IMG/VR virus record: IMGVR_UViG_3300028394_003206
Reading direction: 5' to 3' (one strand)
Origin: an uncultured virus (IMG/VR IMGVR_UViG_3300028394_003206)
Taxonomy: Duplodnaviria > Heunggongvirae > Uroviricota > Caudoviricetes
DNA: 64,000 bases
Shown: positions 51,064-59,851 of the stretch, one piece after another
Layout: each line of letters opens with the position of its first letter
Numbering within the stretch: the first letter of the stretch is position 1
Made by a program: the position numbers and the translations under genes
The notes under the pieces: model-generated
Databases searched by the model: none
Told to the model about the DNA's origin: nothing
Seen by the model: the letters and a program-made list of their open reading frames with translations, nothing else

Positions 51064-51279
51064 ATGGATTATTTAGACAAATATGATAGATTGATGGATA
51101 TAATACTTGAAGATTTCATGATTGATGGTAAGAAATATAATCTTAAAGAAGATTTCGAAAAGTTATTTATAAATGATAACAAAACCGCTGGTATTAGAAT
51201 TAGACGAGTTATGCAAGAATTGAAAAAACTTTCACAAGAAATTCGTGAAGATGTTCAAAATCATAAAAAAAATATTTAA
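51064..51279 (+). CDS. Histone H1-like (Hc1-type) small protein
   Basis: KLF..NKTAGIRIRRVMQELKKLSQEIREDV. Confidence 0.75.
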   Translation: MDYLDKYDRLMDIILEDFMIDGKKYNLKEDFEKLFINDNKTAGIRIRRVMQELKKLSQEIREDVQNHKKNI

Positions 51280-51281
51280 TA

Positions 51282-51836
51282 ATGAAGAAATTCTCGAATA
51301 TAACAAACCAAAAAGTTGCAAATGAACCAAGCATTGCTTCTACCAAAATAAATGAAGCAGATGTTTTTAAAATGCAAATAATGGATTTAATGGATAGTTT
51401 ATTAACTATCCAAACATATGGTCCAGTTGATCGTTATTTAAGAGCTGGAACTATTAAAATATCTGGTAAAGAAATGTTAGCTGAAGCAATTTTAAATATG
51501 TTATCAGATAAATCTATTAATGAGCAAACAAAAGTTTTAGAAAGTTTAAAATCTGAAATAGGTGATTGGAATACTATTGATAAAAAAATAGATGAATTAA
51601 ATTCAAATATCTATGATAAAAAAAAAGATCTAGCAACTAAATCAATTTTATCAATTTATGAGAAATGGGGTTCTGATAAAGATTCTTTTTTATTAGCAAT
51701 TGATAATTCTATATCTAAAATCAATTCAAATGATAAAGCTATTTTAAAAAGTGAAATATGTTTAGAATTAGCTAATTCTGGTAAGTATGATAAAGATATG
51801 CTAATTGAAGCTTCTAATAAATTTAAAAATAAATAA
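51282..51836 (+). CDS. Hypothetical protein
   Basis: 184-aa ORF in operon. Confidence 0.75.
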   Translation: MKKFSNITNQKVANEPSIASTKINEADVFKMQIMDLMDSLLTIQTYGPVDRYLRAGTIKISGKEMLAEAILNMLSDKSINEQTKVLESLKSEIGDWNTIDKKIDELNSNIYDKKKDLATKSILSIYEKWGSDKDSFLLAIDNSISKINSNDKAILKSEICLELANSGKYDKDMLIEASNKFKNK

Positions 51837-51863
51837 GGATTAAGATAGCTATAAAAATATTAA

Positions 51864-52364
51864 TTATTTTATCAAATCATCTATTTCTTTCCCAATTTTT
51901 TTATAAACTTGTAAGTTACTATGTGGGTCTTTAACATGTCCAATTGCAGTTTCTAAAACAATAACATCTAAATCAGAAAATTGTTTATAATATGATTTAA
52001 TATCATTGATTTTAACTCTTCTATTATCACCCCATCCCCAAGAACCTTGAACAACATATAATTTAGAATTTGGAAATTTTATTTTAACTGTTTCAACTAG
52101 TTTTTTAATATTATCTTGTTTACTAAAAGCTCCATTTGTTCCAATGCATATAATCACAGTTTCTACATTTTGATTTATATTTTGAGATGATATTTTTGAT
52201 GTTAACCATTTAACATCTATCCCTCTCTTCCATATTGATTTTGTAACATCACTAGATTGTGAATCAATATATGGTGTTTGTGAATCACCAATAATGATAT
52301 GTTTATCTATTGTATTAAATGATGATATTATAAATAAAATAGTAAATAAGATTATATTCTTCAT
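51864..52364 (-). CDS. Secreted SGNH-hydrolase-like protein
   Basis: Signal peptide; IIIGDSQ, IGTNG, DPH. Confidence 0.7.
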   Translation of the reverse strand: MKNIILFTILFIISSFNTIDKHIIIGDSQTPYIDSQSSDVTKSIWKRGIDVKWLTSKISSQNINQNVETVIICIGTNGAFSKQDNIKKLVETVKIKFPNSKLYVVQGSWGWGDNRRVKINDIKSYYKQFSDLDVIVLETAIGHVKDPHSNLQVYKKIGKEIDDLIK

Positions 52365-52771
52365 TTTTTTAAAATTATTCTAATCCAAACGTTCCAACTA
52401 ATAGCCGAGTTTAAATTTTCATTATTGTATAATATTGTTATATTTTTATTATTTTCTTTAAAAATTATCTCAAATTTATCAGCATTTTTTAAAGACATCA
52501 ACCATTCATCATTAAATATATTGTATGATAATATAACTTTATTTTTTAGTATAATGGCTTCTATTGGATATAATGATTTACTACTTCCTATAAATGTTTT
52601 TATGTAAAATTTATTATTATCTGGTATATGATTTAAAATATTATATTCTAATAAACCATTTCTATAAACTAGATTTTTATTTTCAAAATAAATATCTTTT
52701 TTGGAATTATTTAAATACCATTGTGAATAAGAAATATTTGTTAATAATAGAAATATAAATAAAAGTCTCAT
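52361..52771 (-). CDS. Secreted hypothetical protein
   Basis: MRLLFIFLLLTNISYSQ signal peptide of Bacteroidota style (cleavage before Gln). Confidence 0.7.
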   Translation of the reverse strand: MRLLFIFLLLTNISYSQWYLNNSKKDIYFENKNLVYRNGLLEYNILNHIPDNNKFYIKTFIGSSKSLYPIEAIILKNKVILSYNIFNDEWLMSLKNADKFEIIFKENNKNITILYNNENLNSAISWNVWIRIILKK

Positions 52772-52781
52772 TAATTATATA

Positions 52782-53678
52782 TTATTTTTCACTGATTTCT
52801 ATATAGATTTCATCTACCTCATCAAATTCCTCTTTTATTTCCCTCTTCATTTCCTCAACAGCATCTTCAATGTTATAACCTCTTGAGAAATCTTCAACAT
52901 TTATAGATAATAGTAATAAATATTTTCTTTTACCCATTGCCATTGTTTTAATTCGATTTATGTGTGTAACAATTTCAAATTCACTAACAATTTGTTTAAT
53001 TTTACTACGAGATTCTCTTGGCATACTTTCACCAATTATCAATTTTCTCAATTCATTTACAAGTGAATAAGAAACATAACATAAAATGAAACCAATTAAT
53101 ATAGAACCTATTGCATCAAAAATAGGGTTTATTAAAGATAGTATTGTTGATAAAAATGCTATAAATAAACCAGTTAAAGCAGCAGCATCTTCTAATAAAA
53201 TTACAATTAAATTTATATCAATTGATTTTTTAATAGACTGTATAATACTACCTGATGTAGTTTTTTTCATTTCTTTATAAGCAATTAGAAATGTTTTAGA
53301 TTCGATTATAATTGATATAGACAAAACTACTATTGCCCACCAAAAATGTTTAATTTCATGTGGATTTATTATTTTAATAACCCCTTCATATATAGAGAAA
53401 ACTGCACCACCAAAGAAAAGTAAAATTGCAACCATAAATGCCCAGAAGAATTCTTCTCTACCATAACCAAATGGGTGTTGTTCATCATTATCTTTTTGGA
53501 TTCTTTTATTACCAATTAATAATATAATTTGGTTTAAACAATCTGATGTTGAATGGATTGCTTCAGCTAACATTGATGTGCTAAATGTAAAAGCTGCCGC
53601 TATAAATTTAATAATTGATATTAAACCATTTCCTATTAAAGCAAATAGGACGGCTTTTGTTGAATTTGTATTTGCCAT
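52782..53678 (-). CDS. Cation diffusion facilitator (CDF) metal transporter
   Basis: SMLAEAIHSTSD, HPFGYGRE, LLEDAAAL, DAIGSILIG, KLIIGES. Confidence 0.92.
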   Translation of the reverse strand: MANTNSTKAVLFALIGNGLISIIKFIAAAFTFSTSMLAEAIHSTSDCLNQIILLIGNKRIQKDNDEQHPFGYGREEFFWAFMVAILLFFGGAVFSIYEGVIKIINPHEIKHFWWAIVVLSISIIIESKTFLIAYKEMKKTTSGSIIQSIKKSIDINLIVILLEDAAALTGLFIAFLSTILSLINPIFDAIGSILIGFILCYVSYSLVNELRKLIIGESMPRESRSKIKQIVSEFEIVTHINRIKTMAMGKRKYLLLLSINVEDFSRGYNIEDAVEEMKREIKEEFDEVDEIYIEISEK

Positions 53679-53681
53679 TTT

Positions 53682-54026
53682 TTAAATTAAATTATCTAAT
53701 CTTTTTCTTCTTCTATATTTCTTTTTTGATAGTTCTAATGGACTATCCTTATGTAGATAATCACATTTATAGTATAATAAAGATGCTTTGTTTAATTTTT
53801 CTCTAATACAATCATCACATATAGCTAATAAAAAACTATCACCATCATAATCTGAACCATATGGAGCATCTATAATATGGATAATTCCACCATCTATCAT
53901 ATCATTTTCAATTGCTGGTTTACATGTCCCATTGGAATTTATTTCATCCCATAAATGTTCATCTTCATTTTCACCATTTATATCATTAAATGGTTTTACT
54001 TCTTTATCACAACATATACAATACAT
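53682..54026 (-). CDS. Hypothetical Cys-containing protein with C-terminal RRKRLDNLI tag
   Basis: CICC, YGSDYDG, ICDDC; ATG at 54026. Confidence 0.7.
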   Translation of the reverse strand: MYCICCDKEVKPFNDINGENEDEHLWDEINSNGTCKPAIENDMIDGGIIHIIDAPYGSDYDGDSFLLAICDDCIREKLNKASLLYYKCDYLHKDSPLELSKKKYRRRKRLDNLI

Positions 54027-54087
54027 ATTTTTAAAATATAATACAAATATAATAAACATTTATTAATTATTTAGATAAAATATTGCA

Positions 54088-55398
54088 ATGCTTAAATTTA
54101 AATTTATATTAGCTATTTCTTGGACTATAATATGGTTCTTTATATCTTTATATTTTGCTCTTATATGGGTAGAAGATGTAAAACCATATTCAGGTGAAAT
54201 TATGGCTTGGATTATGGTAATAGGAGTTGCTATTATACCTGGTCTAGCTATGTCCTTTATAAATCTATCACTCATTTTAGATAAACGCCCTAAATTTGAT
54301 TATAATAATACAAGATTTCCACCAATTTCAATTTTAATAGCAGCATATAATGAACAAGACACCATTTATAAAACTTTAGAATCTATAATACAACAGAAAT
54401 ATCCAAATGATGTAAACATTTATGTAGCTAATGATGGTTCAAATGATGGAACATTGGAAGAGGTTAATAAATTCCTTATGATAAATTTATATAGTAATGT
54501 GAGAAATATTCACATTATAGATAATCCAACTAATATAGGAAAAGCTAATATTTTAAACAAAGCATTGGAAAGAGTTGATGATGAATATGTTATAACAATT
54601 GATGCTGATACAACATTATATAAAAATGCTTTAATTGATATAGTTTCACATATATCAAATCGTTCAGAAAAATATGTAGCTGTTGCTGGTACAGTATTGT
54701 GTGGTAATGGCAATGAAACAATAATGACTAAAATTCAGGAGTGGGATTATTTTTTAGGAATTGCCTCTGTTAAAAGAATACAATCAATGTGTAAAGCTAC
54801 TTTAGTAGCACAAGGTGCTTTTTCAATTTATAAAACAGATGTATTAAAAATAATAGGTGGTTGGCCTGATACAATTGGTGAGGATATTGTTTTAACTTGG
54901 AAAATGCATTCAATGGGTTATAATGTTAGTTATACAGAAGATGCTATCTGTTTCACAAATGTACCAACAACATATAAAGCTTTCTTTAAACAAAGACGTA
55001 GATGGTCAAGAGGTTTAGTAGAAGCTTTTAAACGTTATCCAGAATTATTATTTAAGTGGAGAAGATCCACTGTTTTTATTTGGTATAATTTAATGTTCCC
55101 ATATATTGATGTAGCTTTTATAACTGTTTTATTACCTGGTGTTATAATGGCACTTTTTTTCCATTTTTATTTACTAGCAGGTATGTTAACATTGTATTTG
55201 TTACCAATGGCATTATTAGGGAATATGGTTATGTATAAAATACAAAAAAAGACTTTACAAAATATTGAATTGGAAATGTCTAAAAAAAATAGGTCAGGAT
55301 TTTTAATATTCATATTATTTTTCCAATTATTAATGACTCCAGCAACTATTTCTGGATATATACTAGAACTACTTAATACAAAAAAGATTTGGAAATGA
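54088..55398 (+). CDS. Processive GT2 polysaccharide synthase (PgaC/IcaA-like)
   Basis: IAAYNE, NDGS.D, GKA, IDADT, GAFSIY, GEDI, QRRRWSRG; N- and C-terminal TM helices. Confidence 0.88.
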   Translation: MLKFKFILAISWTIIWFFISLYFALIWVEDVKPYSGEIMAWIMVIGVAIIPGLAMSFINLSLILDKRPKFDYNNTRFPPISILIAAYNEQDTIYKTLESIIQQKYPNDVNIYVANDGSNDGTLEEVNKFLMINLYSNVRNIHIIDNPTNIGKANILNKALERVDDEYVITIDADTTLYKNALIDIVSHISNRSEKYVAVAGTVLCGNGNETIMTKIQEWDYFLGIASVKRIQSMCKATLVAQGAFSIYKTDVLKIIGGWPDTIGEDIVLTWKMHSMGYNVSYTEDAICFTNVPTTYKAFFKQRRRWSRGLVEAFKRYPELLFKWRRSTVFIWYNLMFPYIDVAFITVLLPGVIMALFFHFYLLAGMLTLYLLPMALLGNMVMYKIQKKTLQNIELEMSKKNRSGFLIFILFFQLLMTPATISGYILELLNTKKIWK

Positions 55399-56294
55399 GA
55401 ATTATAATTGTTTTTTTATTTATATCTAATATTTTATTTAGTCAAAGGCTATCTAACCAAGATATTTTTTCATATGATAATAATAATCAATTTTCTTGGA
55501 AGCATTACGATGGCTTTTCTGTAAATTTTGATTCTATAAACACTAAATTAGGTATTTCAGGTGGTTTCCGTTTTTATAAAACAGGTTCAGTTTATAATTA
55601 TTATAATGATATGAAAATAACAACTCTTACTAAATATAAAAAAATAAATTTTTATACAAATATATCATTTGTTGATGGTGAAGATTGGAAACCTATTTTT
55701 TATGATTATTCAGTTAGTAGAAAATATAAAAAAATAACTATTGAATTATCAGGTGAAAGAGAAACAATAGGAACTTTTACCACAAATAATAATCATTTTA
55801 TAAGTAATACAAATGGATTATCAATAGATTATAAAATTAAAGAGAATTTAATTATAGTCGGTAATATTAGTTATAATCATATAAGTAATGGTATTGAAGA
55901 GAATCTAAATAAAAGATTGTATAATTTATATAGATTGGTTTATTCTAAAGATAATTATGGTTTTTTTGATACTAGATTTAGAATAATGAGATTTGGTATT
56001 CATAGTGATTACTATTTTAGCCCAACTGATATAACACAATTTAATATCGGTTGGGGTTATCCTAAATTAATTTTTAATAAAAAATGGATTTATAAGTTTT
56101 ATGTTGGATTAGGAATTCAAAATGTTAGTGGGTATAAAATGGGACTTTATGTTAATGAGAATAAATTAATATCAAATTCTAATAAAAGATTGGCTTGTGA
56201 AATATCATTAATGTCTACCAACTTTAATGAATATATTTACAATACATTAACATTAAAGTTGGTTTATACTTTAAAACCAAAAGTTAAAAGTTAG
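55395..56294 (+). CDS. Putative outer-membrane beta-barrel protein
   Basis: Signal peptide ending FSQ; alternating aromatic beta-strands; YYFSP; C-terminal LKLVY; ATGA overlap with GT2. Confidence 0.6.
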   Translation: MRIIIVFLFISNILFSQRLSNQDIFSYDNNNQFSWKHYDGFSVNFDSINTKLGISGGFRFYKTGSVYNYYNDMKITTLTKYKKINFYTNISFVDGEDWKPIFYDYSVSRKYKKITIELSGERETIGTFTTNNNHFISNTNGLSIDYKIKENLIIVGNISYNHISNGIEENLNKRLYNLYRLVYSKDNYGFFDTRFRIMRFGIHSDYYFSPTDITQFNIGWGYPKLIFNKKWIYKFYVGLGIQNVSGYKMGLYVNENKLISNSNKRLACEISLMSTNFNEYIYNTLTLKLVYTLKPKVKS

Positions 56295-56466
56295 ATTTTT
56301 TCTTAAATTGCCCAAATATTTCAAATCTAGATTTAGAATATTTAGCTATAGAACCCATATCATCTTTAATTATATAAGAATATTCTGTTTCTTCTAAAAC
56401 ATCATATATTTTATATTTGGTTAAATACCATCCCATACCAGTTATATCAAAACATTTAATTTCCAT
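56284..56466 (-). CDS. Small hypothetical protein
   Basis: LTKYKIYDV..Y.IKDD.G...YSKSRF; TATATTTG at 56482. Confidence 0.6.
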   Translation of the reverse strand: MEIKCFDITGMGWYLTKYKIYDVLEETEYSYIIKDDMGSIAKYSKSRFEIFGQFKKKSNF

Positions 56467-56490
56467 AATTATGATTTTTTACAAATATAA

Positions 56491-56802
56491 TTAATTTTTT
56501 AATAAAATATCTAATTTTTCATCCCTAATTTCTGCTTCTGTTTTTTCTAATTTGAAATAAAATACTTCTGTTTTAATTGTTTTATCTAAACCTATATTAA
56601 AATTAAAACCACCAGATTGTTGATTGACAATTGGAACTGTTTTAATATCATAAACAGATATTGTATTTAAATATTCATATTCTGGTTCTATATTTTCACC
56701 ATTTTTAACATAAACAATTGTTTTTTTAGAATCCAGATATTTATCATCACCAAAATAACCCTCATACATACTTGACAATATTAATCTACCTATCTTTCTC
56801 AT
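56491..56802 (-). CDS. Hypothetical protein with C-terminal EIRDEKLDILL tag
   Basis: 103-aa ORF. Confidence 0.75.
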   Translation of the reverse strand: MRKIGRLILSSMYEGYFGDDKYLDSKKTIVYVKNGENIEPEYEYLNTISVYDIKTVPIVNQQSGGFNFNIGLDKTIKTEVFYFKLEKTEAEIRDEKLDILLKN

Positions 56803-56917
56803 TAATTAAAATTTTTTAAATAATATAAAATATCCTGTGATAAAGCTGCAAGTTCTAATTGTGTTAACATATTTTTCTAATTTATCAAATATAAAAATAA
56901 AAATTAATATATAGTAT

Positions 56918-58015
56918 ATGATTTTAAAAAGATATAATGAATTTTTATTAGAAGAATTAAAATTAACTTTTAATAATGATTTTAAAATGATTTTAAAAAA
57001 GATAAATAATGATATAGCATCTACTATATTATTATCATCTGAATACAATGTTTTACCTGATGATTTTAGAATTGATGAAATATCTATTGATTTAGATAAT
57101 CCTGGTAATTTATTATTTGGAAAAACAAAACAATCTATTAAAATAGGTAGATTTATACGTTCTATATATGATAAACAAAATTTAACTATTAAAGATTTTG
57201 ATTTAGAGGAATTTGTAAATATTTTCAAAGCAGAAGTTAATGCTTTAAAAGGTAATAATATATTAGAAATTGTTAATGGTGAACTTATAAGAAAATTCTA
57301 TAAATTTGATAATTATTATAATGGTGCTGGAACATTAGGGAATTCTTGTATGAGATATAACTCTTGTCAAACCTATTTTGATATTTATGTTGATAATCCA
57401 GATGTTTGTACAATGTTAGTTTTATATTCTGATGAAAACAAAACTAATATTAAAGGAAGAGCTTTAATATGGAATTGTAATATCTATTTAACAGATGATA
57501 GAAATTTATTAGATGTTAAATTCATGGATAGAGTTTATGTGAATGAAGATTCAGATTTAATTTTATTTATAAATTATGCAAATGAGAATGGTATATACCA
57601 CAAAGATAGACAAAATAGTAATGAGTATTTTGGTTTAATGTTAAATGATAAATTAATAGGTGATAGTGGTGATGAAGATATGGATTTTAATATATCAGTT
57701 CAATTAAACCCTAAAACTTATACACAATATCCTTATTTAGATACTTTAAAATTTTATAATAAAGAATCACATATATTATATTCATCAAATAATGCAGATT
57801 ATGATTGTGTTTTAGAAGAAACAGATGGATCAGATGGAACTACTATGGAATGTATGGAATGTGATGGTAGGGGATTTGATATATGTAATCCTTGTGATGG
57901 ATCAGGTTTATACACTGATGATTATGGTAGAGATATACCTTGTCCATATTGCCACAGTGAAGGTGAAAAGATGTGTGAAGTTTGTGATGGAACAGGTAGG
58001 GCATTAAATACTTAG
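56918..58015 (+). CDS. SCM/GRAxxW/DRxY/YPxxDT family (paralog 3), leader-bearing, with C-terminal CxxCxGxG zinc finger
   Basis: MILKRYNEFLLEE; GNSCM, GRALIW, MDRVY, YPYLDT; four CxxCxxxG motifs. Confidence 0.85.
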   Translation: MILKRYNEFLLEELKLTFNNDFKMILKKINNDIASTILLSSEYNVLPDDFRIDEISIDLDNPGNLLFGKTKQSIKIGRFIRSIYDKQNLTIKDFDLEEFVNIFKAEVNALKGNNILEIVNGELIRKFYKFDNYYNGAGTLGNSCMRYNSCQTYFDIYVDNPDVCTMLVLYSDENKTNIKGRALIWNCNIYLTDDRNLLDVKFMDRVYVNEDSDLILFINYANENGIYHKDRQNSNEYFGLMLNDKLIGDSGDEDMDFNISVQLNPKTYTQYPYLDTLKFYNKESHILYSSNNADYDCVLEETDGSDGTTMECMECDGRGFDICNPCDGSGLYTDDYGRDIPCPYCHSEGEKMCEVCDGTGRALNT

Positions 58016-58219
58016 GATAACTGCTAACCCATTTATTATTTCAAAATCTACTTTTTTAGAAAGGTATAGATCATTAACCTCTAAATCTTCACTAATAGCT
58101 ATTTCTTTATAAAATATTTTTTTAAATGATCTACCACCATTATAACCTGTAATAGTTTTTGGTTCATATTGTATATACCAAACTTTATCTTTTTCTATTA
58201 TGTGACCAGTGTAGTTCAT
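58004..58219 (-). CDS. Small hypothetical protein
   Basis: 71 aa behind TAATATATA (58224). Confidence 0.6.
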   Translation of the reverse strand: MNYTGHIIEKDKVWYIQYEPKTITGYNGGRSFKKIFYKEIAISEDLEVNDLYLSKKVDFEIINGLAVILSI

Positions 58220-58229
58220 AATGTATATA

Positions 58230-58934
58230 TTAATTTTCTTTTTCTATTACTTTAATATTTTCTTTTGGTATATTTTCTAAAATATAAAAACCATTTGGAT
58301 AATTTGGATCCTTATATAATTTTAAATCTAAACCTTCAGTTTCAATCTCATATATTATATATTTTATATTTAATTTTGATTTTGGGTATGTCCATAATTG
58401 ATAATTATAAACCATTTTCATATTTGGAATTAAATTTTTACATTCATCCAAATGTTTACAAACATAAATTCTAGAATCGTGGTAAGTAATTTTAGATTTT
58501 GGTGACAAACCTTTATTCATTATACTATTTTCAAATTCTTGAATAGATAGGTGATATAATTTACTAGGTATTTCACTTTCAATATCAAATTTTGATTCAT
58601 ATTTTATTACAATACTTGATATAAAATTCATATTTTTAACTAAATAATCTAAATTAAATTGCATTTTATTAACCATGCCACTTAAATTAGTCATTTCAAC
58701 TGTGGATGGAAACCAACCCATCATATTTACAAAATATGATTCAATTGCACCAAATGTTTCATATATATTTGTTAGTTTATCAAAATATAAAATCTCTAAA
58801 TAAATTGAATTATCATTTTTAGATATATTGTATATTAAATTTTTGGGCAATGAAATTTTAGACAAAACAATATCCATTGGTTGTGTTTTGATTAAACCTT
58901 CATTTAAAAATTCAATGTATTTTAATAGTTTCAT
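58230..58934 (-). CDS. Leader-bearing ADP-ribosyltransferase-like protein (paralog of 798..1529)
   Basis: MKLLKYIEFLNEGLIKT; KLYHLS..GLSPKSK..RIYVC..LYKDP..G.Y..ENIP. Confidence 0.65.
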   Translation of the reverse strand: MKLLKYIEFLNEGLIKTQPMDIVLSKISLPKNLIYNISKNDNSIYLEILYFDKLTNIYETFGAIESYFVNMMGWFPSTVEMTNLSGMVNKMQFNLDYLVKNMNFISSIVIKYESKFDIESEIPSKLYHLSIQEFENSIMNKGLSPKSKITYHDSRIYVCKHLDECKNLIPNMKMVYNYQLWTYPKSKLNIKYIIYEIETEGLDLKLYKDPNYPNGFYILENIPKENIKVIEKEN

Positions 58935-59173
58935 TTTTCTTTTCTTCTATTATACATTAAAGTTTTAACAAAGTCTTTTATTTCATCTGAACAATCATTA
59001 GAAGGTAAAAAGGAATATCCTCTCAATCTAGAATACCATTTTATTTGACCTATTAAAGTTCCAGATTTATAAACAAAATAAATATCTGTTTTAGCACCTT
59101 CTTTTTTAGGTTGTTTCTTGAACTGTATTTCAGATTTTAGTTCAAACAATTTAAAGTTTAATATTCTTTCCAT
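58931..59173 (-). CDS. Small leader-bearing hypothetical protein
   Basis: MERILNFKLFE; IGQIKWYSRLRGYSF. Confidence 0.7.
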   Translation of the reverse strand: MERILNFKLFELKSEIQFKKQPKKEGAKTDIYFVYKSGTLIGQIKWYSRLRGYSFLPSNDCSDEIKDFVKTLMYNRRKEK

Positions 59174-59174
59174 A

Positions 59175-59609
59175 TTACCAAGCAACTAATTTTATATCTG
59201 GATAGATTTCTATTATTTTATTTATTAATTCATCACTTTCTTTTTTTAAATGATTACTATCTCCAGTTATATAAAAATTATATACTAAATTTTCTTTTTT
59301 AACATATTGTAAATCTTCAGGATATTTATTAAATAAATGATTATAATTTGAAGAATTATAACCTTTTGTGAACATACTATCATAAATCAATATATGTTTT
59401 GAATTTTTAAAAAATGAAAAATTAATATCATAAGAACCTACGGGAGGCAGCAGTGAGTAAACATAGCTATGCAAATAGAAATTTTCATCTTTGTCAAAAT
59501 ATTCAAACTCAAATAAATCTTTAACAGTTTCAATTAATTCAAAATCTATAACATTGTCTAAATATTTTTTAACATCATTAAAATCTTCATATAATTTAAT
59601 ATACTTCAT
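59175..59609 (-). CDS. Leader-bearing small acidic protein (paralog of 23119) containing a 16S rRNA-matching segment
   Basis: MKYIKLYEDF; LIETVKDL..EY.DK; ELINKI.EIYP. Confidence 0.8.
   Translation of the reverse strand: MKYIKLYEDFNDVKKYLDNVIDFELIETVKDLFEFEYFDKDENFYLHSYVYSLLPPVGSYDINFSFFKNSKHILIYDSMFTKGYNSSNYNHLFNKYPEDLQYVKKENLVYNFYITGDSNHLKKESDELINKIIEIYPDIKLVAW
59437..59457 (+). other. 21-nt sequence matching conserved bacterial 16S rRNA (341F site plus TGAG)
   Basis: CCTACGGGAGGCAGCAGTGAG, GC-rich island in AT-rich DNA. Confidence 0.9.
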
Positions 59610-59646
59610 AGTGTATATATTAAAAAATATTTTTATATTTATATAA

Positions 59647-59805
59647 ATGAAAGGTATGAAAGAAATAATGGATAGAATGGCTTATATTAAAAGAACTATA
59701 CGACAATTCATGGATTTAAAATATCAAGTTCCTTCAACACTTGTTAATGAATTAGTTGAACTAGAACAAAAACTTAAAAATATAAATTTGGAAAATTCAA
59801 AATAA
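59647..59805 (+). CDS. Small hypothetical protein (52 aa, not in ORF track)
   Basis: MKGMKEIMDRMAYIKRTIRQF...; ends at a terminator. Confidence 0.55.
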   Translation: MKGMKEIMDRMAYIKRTIRQFMDLKYQVPSTLVNELVELEQKLKNINLENSK

Positions 59806-59835
59806 AAAAAGCCTCATAAAAATATGAGGCTTTTT
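59804..59835. terminator. Terminator of LamG copy B
   Basis: AAAAAAAGCCTCATA-AAAA-TATGAGGCTTTTT. Confidence 0.85.
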
Positions 59836-59851
59836 AATTATTTAAAATTAT

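Noticed and set aside
59400..59500. An rRNA gene
   Set aside because: The match is limited to 21 nt; flanks are AT-rich coding sequence
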